A stretch of DNA of 51,977 bases from Thermoplasmata archaeon (lineage in GTDB: Archaea; Thermoplasmatota; Thermoplasmata; Lutacidiplasmatales; UBA184), in the NCBI GenBank assembly GCA_022750125.1, contig JAKIWH010000002.1, positions 1 to 51,977 on the forward strand, written 5' to 3'. The notes under the pieces are model-generated. The model was not told the origin of the DNA, did not search any database, and worked only from the letters and a program-made list of their open reading frames with translations. The position numbers and the translations under genes are program-made. Positions 42,090 through 49,280 of this stretch are shown one piece after another. Position 1 is the stretch's first letter. Each line of letters opens with the position of its first letter.

Positions 42090-44623
42090 CCTTCGAGGAT
42101 CACCCACTCGGCGTTCGAGTAGACGGGGTGGAAGCCGAACGCCGCCTCGTAGTACCCGACCTGGGCGGCGTCGTACGAGTCGGCGGGCCAGAGCAGGAAG
42201 TGGATGCTGTGCTCGGCGAGGAACTGCTGGGTCTGGAAGACGGGGCGCACCTGATCGGTCGGGAGCTGGGTCCCCGTCGGGAGGACGGAGAGGTTGAGGG
42301 TGAACGATCGCCCCGTGACGGGGAAGACGGCCTTCCACTCCGACCCGCCGTCGAACCGGGCGCTCGAGGTGTTGGACGGGAGAGGGTTGAGGCCGACGGT
42401 CGCACCGACCTGGGCCGGGTTGGGATTTTGGCCGACCGTCCCCTGGACCTCCCAGGTGAGCACCCCGGCGGCGTAGGCCTGTTCGGTGATACGGTCCCGG
42501 GCGAGCTGGGGAGACCCACCGGGGGGCGACGCGAGCCCGAGACCGAAGGAACGGACGGTCTGGCCCGCGGCGGCGACGACCTGGAACTCGATGATCGCGC
42601 TCCCGTTGCCGGTCGGCTGGGCGACCTCGGTGACGGTGGCGGCGGGGGTGACGTACACGATCGTCGCGGCCCCGCCGGCCGCCTGGGGGCTCGTGAAGGT
42701 CGGAGCCGCTCTCCCGGTGAGCAGCGGGTAGGTCGTGAGCGTGGTCCCGGACCCGGCGGTGACGTACAACGCGCCGGGGAGCACACGAAAGATCGGGAAC
42801 GGCACCCCGAGGTCGTAGACCGTGTACAGGGGAGCCTGGCTCAGCAGGGAGGTCTGGAAGCCCGAGAAGGAGAGCACCCCCGGCCCGTCCGCGAGGACGG
42901 TCTGCGCGTTCAGGGCCCAGTACGATTCCTGGGCCACGCCGATCTGGAACGGGTCGAAGAGGAGCCAGACGGGTCCGGCAGTGTACGAGGCCCGATTGGT
43001 GAGCGCTTCGCACCACCGGGCCGCGGTCGTCACCGTCAGCACGTTGCCACCGGCAGGCTGCGTCCGCAGCCAGGAGGTCGCGGCGACGAAGGCGGCGTCG
43101 TGCGCCGAGTGGGAGCCCGACGACTCCCCGAGCTGGACCGCGGGGATCGTCACGGTCGAGAACAGCAGGAACAGGAGAGCACCGACCATCGCCGGCGCGA
43201 CCCAGCCGGCCGACCGTCCGGAGGTCGTCCACCGCGGAGATCGCGTTCGGTAGGGTCCATCGGGCGCGGCCGGGAGGTCGGGAGCAGCGGCCCGCTCACG
43301 CGCGGCCCAGCGCGTGAGCCGGTCGGCGGCCACCACCGCGAGCAGGAGCGACGGCAACGGGAGGAAGTAGAGGAACCGTTCGTAATCGGTGGCCACATGC
43401 GCAAGCCAGCCCAGGGCCGGGACGCTCGCGACCGAGGCGAGCCAGCCCGCGGCGACGGTGAGGGGGAGCGACAGCGCGTGGGGCCGGAGCGCGCGGACCA
43501 CGAGCAACCCGACGAGCAGGAGCACGGGGATCGCGAGGAGGATCGCGGTGGCGATATTCGGGTCGAGGACCAGCGTGCTCCCGGCCGGGGAGAACGCCGG
43601 GTAGTGGCCCAACGGGACGAAGATCTCCCCGATCTCGTCGACGGCATACGCCGACGGATTCGAGTAGAAGTAGCTCGGATGCGAGATCCCGAGCCGGGCC
43701 GTCACCGCGCCGTAGATCCCGACGAGGGCGGCGACGCCGAAGCCCCCCAGCAGGTTGCGACGGTCCAGGAAGAAACGGAAGGAGACCCCGCGTGTCAGCG
43801 CCAGGAACAGGCTCGAGCCGGCAAGGCTCGCGATGAGGAGGAAGAACGTCAGGTCGTGGGCGAGGTAGGTCAGCCCGACCAGCGAGTAGAACCCGACGGC
43901 GTCCCTCGTCCGTCCCTCTCGAACGAAGAGGAGGAAGAAGACCATCGCCTCGTTGAAGAGGACGAGCGCGAAGAGGTTCGGGTACGCCCCCCAGAAGAGC
44001 ATCTGCAAGGTGGTACCGCAGCCGAGACCTGCCCCCACGAGCGCGACCTGCAGGAACCCCGTGTGGAGGTAGCGCCGGGCGAGATGGATGAGCGAAAGCC
44101 CGTAGGCGGCGATGAGACCGACGGCGAGGATCGATGCGGCGAGGGGAGGGCTCGAGGTCACGAGAACGAGAAAGCCCAGCACCGGGAAGAGGAGAGGAGA
44201 GTACACGCCCGGCTGGTTCGCTGGGTCCGGGGCGGTCGGCAGCCCTCCGTACGGGTAGGAGACGGAGAGCCAATGGCCCGGGTCGACCCCCGGCGGCAAC
44301 GGCGCTTGGGAGAACTCGACGGCGACCGCGATGGAGACCCCGAGCGTGAGGAGGAGCATCGGAAGGAGGTACCATCGATTCACCGTCGATCGCGATCGCC
44401 AATGGGCGGCGAGCTCCCGTGTCACGTGGCCGGCCTGCGTACGGAGCGACCGGGCGCGCGGCGCGTCGAACGGCGTCCCGTGCCGGGTCGGGAACCCGAG
44501 CGCGTCGCTCGCCGGTGCTGACGCTCCCGCTCCGCCCGGCTCCCCGTACGATTGCCACGTCTCGTTCGTCGCCGTCCCCCCTACTCCGCTGGTCCTTCCC
44601 ACCCGAGGATCGAGGTGGACCAC
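42086..44623 (-). CDS. Polytopic membrane protein with a large C-terminal extracytoplasmic domain (GT-C-like architecture), paralog A
   Basis: An 845-aa protein with about 12 hydrophobic segments in the first ~470 aa, then a further TM segment and a ~350-aa beta-rich domain. It shares clear blocks with 45219-47141 (GVDPGHW/GGDPGNW, FWGAYPNL/YWGAYPNL, TDYERF/TDYHRF). Confidence 0.75.
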   Translation of the reverse strand: MVHLDPRVGRTSGVGGTATNETWQSYGEPGGAGASAPASDALGFPTRHGTPFDAPRARSLRTQAGHVTRELAAHWRSRSTVNRWYLLPMLLLTLGVSIAVAVEFSQAPLPPGVDPGHWLSVSYPYGGLPTAPDPANQPGVYSPLLFPVLGFLVLVTSSPPLAASILAVGLIAAYGLSLIHLARRYLHTGFLQVALVGAGLGCGTTLQMLFWGAYPNLFALVLFNEAMVFFLLFVREGRTRDAVGFYSLVGLTYLAHDLTFFLLIASLAGSSLFLALTRGVSFRFFLDRRNLLGGFGVAALVGIYGAVTARLGISHPSYFYSNPSAYAVDEIGEIFVPLGHYPAFSPAGSTLVLDPNIATAILLAIPVLLLVGLLVVRALRPHALSLPLTVAAGWLASVASVPALGWLAHVATDYERFLYFLPLPSLLLAVVAADRLTRWAARERAAAPDLPAAPDGPYRTRSPRWTTSGRSAGWVAPAMVGALLFLLFSTVTIPAVQLGESSGSHSAHDAAFVAATSWLRTQPAGGNVLTVTTAARWCEALTNRASYTAGPVWLLFDPFQIGVAQESYWALNAQTVLADGPGVLSFSGFQTSLLSQAPLYTVYDLGVPFPIFRVLPGALYVTAGSGTTLTTYPLLTGRAAPTFTSPQAAGGAATIVYVTPAATVTEVAQPTGNGSAIIEFQVVAAAGQTVRSFGLGLASPPGGSPQLARDRITEQAYAAGVLTWEVQGTVGQNPNPAQVGATVGLNPLPSNTSSARFDGGSEWKAVFPVTGRSFTLNLSVLPTGTQLPTDQVRPVFQTQQFLAEHSIHFLLWPADSYDAAQVGYYEAAFGFHPVYSNAEWVILEG

Positions 44624-44694
44624 GGGGTGAGCGGTCCAAAAGGCGCATCGTAGGGGCTCGGTTAGGGGCTATGCTCACGGAGAGCCGTCAACGA

Positions 44695-45135
44695 TCACAC
44701 GGAGGGGGAGGGGACGAGGAGGACGGTCCACTCCGGGTTCTGATAGAGGATGGGAAGCCCGTACTCTCGGACGAGGTACGCCGACTCCCCCGGCAGCGCG
44801 ACGATCGGGTTGGGCGCGAACGACGCGTTGCGCATCAGGACGAACCGGACCCCGAGCTGACTCCAGATCCCGGGGGCGCTCAGTACGGGAGGAACCGTCA
44901 CGACGTAGCTCGCGGCCTGGGGTGTCGTGAGGGTGAGGCTTCCGTCGAGGGAAGTGCTCACCGAGGGGTCGGCGGGGCGGTAGACGAGTTGGACGGCCGG
45001 CCCGCCGGCGCTCGGGTCGTACTCCGTCGCGCTGACGAGCGCATCCGCCGGAGCGACCGTCCCGGAGGTCACGGGGCGGACCGACCCCCCGATGAGCTGC
45101 CAGCTGAACTCGCCCGGTGTTCCGGTTCCCGTCAC
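44695..45135 (-). CDS. C-terminal fragment of paralog B (this frame carries coding-like sequence up to about 45222)
   Basis: Its end (..YGLPILYQNPEWTVLLVP) parallels the C-terminus of paralog A (..FGFHPVYSNAEWVILEG). Upstream in the same frame, VAFTVTTTGPHTLRSLALTIVPE continues without a start codon. Confidence 0.6.
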   Translation of the reverse strand: MTGTGTPGEFSWQLIGGSVRPVTSGTVAPADALVSATEYDPSAGGPAVQLVYRPADPSVSTSLDGSLTLTTPQAASYVVTVPPVLSAPGIWSQLGVRFVLMRNASFAPNPIVALPGESAYLVREYGLPILYQNPEWTVLLVPSPSV

Positions 45136-45218
45136 GGTCGCCCGAGTCGCGGTCTCGGGAACGATCGTCAGGGCGAGCGACCGGAGGGTGTGCGGGCCCG
45201 TCGTCGTGACCGTGAACG

Positions 45219-47141
45219 CTACGCGGTCGGAGCGACCGGGTCGACCGAGATCGATACCACGAGCGTGAACCCCGTCTCGGTGTACACGACCGTCATCGGT
45301 TGGCCGGCGCTCGCTGGGAGGGAGACGACGGGGGTCCCGTTCAACCGTCCGTCGGTGAGGCGGCCGGTCCCGGGGTCGGAGAGCTGCACGACGACGCTCT
45401 GGGGGACGACACGCAGGACCGGGTGGACCGGACCCGAGAGCGACACCGAGTAGTCCGGCAAGCCGTCGGCGTCGGTCGGGTTCACCGCGTGCACCGCGGC
45501 CGTGACCTTCCCGTTCGTCAGCGCGTAATGGCTAACGAGGGCGTAGTACGCGAGCTGCGCGTCGGTCGCCTGCGACGGATAGAACAGGTAGAGCGGCGAG
45601 CTCGGGGCGTAAGCGTTCTGGGCGGTGAGCGCGCGGGTCCACTTCTCCGCTCCGGCGACGGTGAGCGTCGCTCCCCGGACCCCGCTGTGACGGATCGCGT
45701 TGACCGCGTCGAGAAACGCGGCGTCGTGCCCCACCTTCGTGAACGCCGCGTCGGACCGGGACATCGCGGGAGCGGTCGCCGAGAGCGTGAGCAGCAGGAC
45801 GACGGCCACCCCGACGATCGCCATCGCTCCGGTGCGCGGAATCGACCTGGCGGCCTTCCACCCCCGCGCGGCTCGGTTCGGGGCGGGCTGGGAAGGGGTC
45901 GTGGGCGGCTCCGACGTGGTGGCCGTCAGCGTGGGGCCCTTACGGAGCACCCAGGCGGTCTCCCAGAAGTACGCGGCCGTCAGGACGACGGGGGTCAGCA
46001 GGAGGAACCCGAACCGATGGTAATCCGTGACGATCTGCAGGAAGATCCCGACGATCGCAAGCACCATCGGCGCGAGCAGCCAGGCCAGCAGCAGCAGGGC
46101 GCTCGGCGTCAGCCAGCGGGGCCGCCGATCCCGTAGGAGGGCGAAGACGGTGAGCCCGGTCCCCACCCCCACCGCAAGGAGGTCGAGGGCGAGCGCCCGT
46201 CCGATGTAGACGTGCGGCACGAGCGCCTGGAAGATCGTGCCGAACGGGAGGAGGGTGAACTCGCCCGAGCTCGACTGAAAGTAGTCCGGATGAGTGATCC
46301 CGAGGGCGAAGGTCCCCCCGTAGTAGCCGCCGACGGTGACGAGGACGAGCAGGAGGCCGACGAGCCCCCCGTGCGACTGGACAAGGGCCCGGGCCGCGAT
46401 GGACGGGGACTCGAGCTCCCCGCGCTCGGCCTCACGGACCGCCTGCGCACGCGGCGGGGTCGGGATGAGACCTCCGAGCCCGAGGAACAGGACCGTCCCA
46501 GTGGAGAGGGCGATCCCCACGAGCGAGTGGGTCAGGACCGTCGCCGCGAAGCAGGCCCAGAATTGGAAGGCGCCGGAGGAGGGGTGCCCACGACCCGCCC
46601 GTAGGAGGCCGATCCAAGCGAGGTTCATGAAGACGTACGCGAGGAGGTTCGGGTACGCTCCCCAGTAGAACATGTCCAACAGCGACGGATCGATGAGCAG
46701 GACGCTCACGGCGAGCAGGGCCATGGTGTCCGTTCGCAGCAAGTACCGAGCTAGCGCGTAGGTCGAAATCCCCAACATGAACAGGAGGACGGGGGCGAAG
46801 AGCTGGGCCCCCTCGACCGGACCGAGCGCTCCGACGAACAGCCCGAGGATCGGGAACAGAAGGGGGGGATAGCCGAAGGGGGTGAGCTGGGAGGGATACG
46901 GCTGGCCAAGGTAGATGTAACCGGTGGCGACCCAGTTGCCTGGGTCCCCGCCCGGCACCACCGGGGTGTTGTGGAACACCAGTCCCAGCCAGGCGGCCAT
47001 CCCCCCCGAGAACCCGAGCGCGACGATCCAGTAGGTCCAGGCCGCCCCACCGGTCTTGCCCAGCCGTGCGTGGACGTTCTGGGCCCCGTGCTCCATCGGC
47101 CGAATTGCCCGGCCCAACGAATCGGACGACTGGTATGCCAT
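45219..47141 (-). CDS. Polytopic membrane protein, paralog B, N-terminal 640 aa (truncated by a frameshift)
   Basis: It is collinear with paralog A over the TM region and the start of the extracytoplasmic domain. It ends at the TAG at 45219-45221, where the other frame takes over. Confidence 0.75.
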   Translation of the reverse strand: MAYQSSDSLGRAIRPMEHGAQNVHARLGKTGGAAWTYWIVALGFSGGMAAWLGLVFHNTPVVPGGDPGNWVATGYIYLGQPYPSQLTPFGYPPLLFPILGLFVGALGPVEGAQLFAPVLLFMLGISTYALARYLLRTDTMALLAVSVLLIDPSLLDMFYWGAYPNLLAYVFMNLAWIGLLRAGRGHPSSGAFQFWACFAATVLTHSLVGIALSTGTVLFLGLGGLIPTPPRAQAVREAERGELESPSIAARALVQSHGGLVGLLLVLVTVGGYYGGTFALGITHPDYFQSSSGEFTLLPFGTIFQALVPHVYIGRALALDLLAVGVGTGLTVFALLRDRRPRWLTPSALLLLAWLLAPMVLAIVGIFLQIVTDYHRFGFLLLTPVVLTAAYFWETAWVLRKGPTLTATTSEPPTTPSQPAPNRAARGWKAARSIPRTGAMAIVGVAVVLLLTLSATAPAMSRSDAAFTKVGHDAAFLDAVNAIRHSGVRGATLTVAGAEKWTRALTAQNAYAPSSPLYLFYPSQATDAQLAYYALVSHYALTNGKVTAAVHAVNPTDADGLPDYSVSLSGPVHPVLRVVPQSVVVQLSDPGTGRLTDGRLNGTPVVSLPASAGQPMTVVYTETGFTLVVSISVDPVAPTA

Positions 47142-47333
47142 CGGCCCGACTCCGTGCCCGGACGAATTCGACGAGGCAAGGCGTTGAATACCATCGCTAA
47201 AGGTTAGGATAGGTCGTCACTTACCGGACACGCTTCGGGGGACGGCGCAGGGCCGGGGGCGACCCCTAACCCAGATGTTCTGTCCGAACCCGCGGGCTCA
47301 TAGCAGTCCGACCCCCGTCGGGTGGACCAAGAG

Positions 47334-48482
47334 ATGGCGCGAAGGCTTGGTCGGGGATGGAGTGACGGCGCTGGAAGAACATCGATCGTCCTGAGCTTCA
47401 CGCTCGTAGCGCTCTTGGCCCTCTTCGTGCCGGTACTCCATCCGGCTCCCGCGTCCCGGCCCTCGGGCATCGAAGCCCTCCGGGAGCTACCGCACGGTTC
47501 GGGTGGAGCGCCCCCCCTCGTCAACAACGGGGACTTCTACGTGAACGACTCGACTCCGCCGGGGTCGTTCCCGGTCGGGAGCCGTTTGACCGCGAGCTAC
47601 CAGCTCGTGGTGCCTGGATTCCCGAACGGCCCCGCCGGGCAGATTCACGTGCCGAGCGCCGTCGCAGTCTTCCCGGGCGCGTCGGGTCCGATCCACGTCT
47701 ACATCCCGTCGGCTAACCTCACCGTCTCCCCGGGCGGGCAGGTCACTCCGTCCGAGAACAGCTCGACTCGACTCACGTCGACCACCCAGTTCAGCCCGAC
47801 CACCCCGGCCTCCCTCGCGTCGCAAGGCTTCGCCGTGCAGGCGTCGTGGCCTGTGGGGACGCACTCGGTCGGGATCCAATGGAGCTGGTCGATCGCGACG
47901 CCGGACGGCGTCGTGACGAACGGGCCCGCCTCGAACCGAGTGTCGATCGCTCCGGCAGAGACAGCGACGGTGGCGAACAACCCCCCGGCCTCCGTTCCGC
48001 TCGGGGGGAGCTACCCGATCTGCCTCAGCGGCCCGGTCACCGGCCGTACCTTCTCCGCCCACTTTTCGACGGACTCCCCGTTCACCACGTACTCGGCTCC
48101 ACCCGTGACCGTAACGAACCTGTCGGGGGGTGAGTTCTGCTGGAGCACGACGGTTCCAGCCTCCCTCCCCTCGGGTGCAGCGAACGTTCATCTGTGGGAG
48201 TATGCCGCGGGGACCTACCTACTCTACGAGTTCCCCGTCCAACTCGACGGGTCGTCGACCTCCTCGACCGCCGGCGGGGGGGGCCTCCGACTGTCGTCGG
48301 TCGGAGTAGCGGCCGTGGGAGCGGTGGCGGTCGCATCGGCCGTGGCGGGGGTTGGCGTCCTCTCCCGGCGCCACGCTCGGGTGTCCAATGTCCCGTCAGC
48401 CGTACCGCCGTCCGTAGCGGCAACACCGCGAAACTCCAGTCCCCCGTCTCCTCCCGAGAGCCGCTGGACCTGGCGACCCTAG
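47334..48482 (+). CDS. Secreted, C-terminally membrane-anchored glycoprotein-like protein, hypothetical
   Basis: An N-terminal TM/signal segment (TSIVLSFTLVALLALFVPVL) precedes a Ser/Thr/Pro-rich beta-type ectodomain with sequons. A C-terminal TM segment (VGVAAVGAVAVASAVAGVGVL) plus RRH ends it. An alternative GTG start lies at 47322. Confidence 0.7.
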   Translation: MARRLGRGWSDGAGRTSIVLSFTLVALLALFVPVLHPAPASRPSGIEALRELPHGSGGAPPLVNNGDFYVNDSTPPGSFPVGSRLTASYQLVVPGFPNGPAGQIHVPSAVAVFPGASGPIHVYIPSANLTVSPGGQVTPSENSSTRLTSTTQFSPTTPASLASQGFAVQASWPVGTHSVGIQWSWSIATPDGVVTNGPASNRVSIAPAETATVANNPPASVPLGGSYPICLSGPVTGRTFSAHFSTDSPFTTYSAPPVTVTNLSGGEFCWSTTVPASLPSGAANVHLWEYAAGTYLLYEFPVQLDGSSTSSTAGGGGLRLSSVGVAAVGAVAVASAVAGVGVLSRRHARVSNVPSAVPPSVAATPRNSSPPSPPESRWTWRP

Positions 48483-49150
48483 GGGGAACTACGCCATCGG
48501 GATCGCATTCGGAGTCGGGTCTGGTCGCTCAGGAAGCCCGGAGGGGTCATCGATTCGCATGGGGCCGCGCAACCCACCTCGCCTCGCCGTAAGCTAGGGT
48601 CGCGTGACGGTTCGGGCCCGGCAAACGTCGCGGGTTGGGACGGAGACGTCGTGGAATCCTGCGATCCGGCCCCGAGCGCCCGCCCGGAGCTCGCGGTAGG
48701 GAGCGATGGGGTCACGATGGCGACGGAACCGTTGCGAACGAATCGCCGCGCGGGCTCCGCCGCACGGTCTGTGTTGAGCTCCTGCGACGATCGGTCGAAC
48801 TCGAGGTGGGCGTGGGTCCGGGCCTCAACTCGTCGCCCTCGAGGAGCCTTGCCACGCAGCCCGAGGCCGGTCGCGCCCGAGCCGGGAAGCCGGTTGGACC
48901 CTCCTCACGGCGTGGAAGCAAGTGCCCCCCGGAGGGAGGCTCGGCGGGCGTCGAGGGGTACGGTCGCGAGCGATACCTCCCGCGACACTTTGCAGACCGC
49001 TCGATGCTCGACCCAGGGTGCAACGGTCGGTGGCCGAGGTCGGTACGATCTAAGTGTGCCGGGTCGGTGCCCCGGGATCGATAGGGGCTCGGAGCGGAAC
49101 GTCGATGGGACTCTTGCGATAGATGGCGGAGTACTGGGTCTGCTACGGCC

Positions 49151-49168
49151 AGTAACTGAGTTGTTACT
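49151..49168. repeat. Perfect 6-bp inverted repeat AGTAAC-N6-GTTACT inside an AT-rich island
   Basis: Read directly from the sequence: 49151-49156 AGTAAC, loop TGAGTT, 49163-49168 GTTACT. Its function is unknown. Confidence 0.6.
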
Positions 49169-49247
49169 TACACCAATTCATGTAATGGCTATCATCAAGG
49201 TCGCAATCGATATCGGAATCGAAGGGAATTATCCGAGTAATACGGTT

Positions 49248-49255
49248 CATATTTA
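49248..49255 (+). promoter_or_regulatory. TATA-like box of the GT2 gene
   Basis: CATATTTA lies 26-33 nt upstream of the ATG at 49281, which is consistent with a leaderless transcript. Confidence 0.45.
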
Positions 49256-49280
49256 GCCACGGGACCAGATTCCTCTCTCG

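Noticed and set aside
48480-49256. The reading frame of the surface-protein gene stays open for another 258 codons after its TAG stop (48480-48482). This raised the idea of stop-codon read-through or TAG recoding.
   Set aside because: The downstream translation (GELRHRDRIRSRVWSLRKPGG...) is not protein-like. The protein already ends with a TM anchor plus basic tail before the TAG. Other genes in the window also terminate at TAG.
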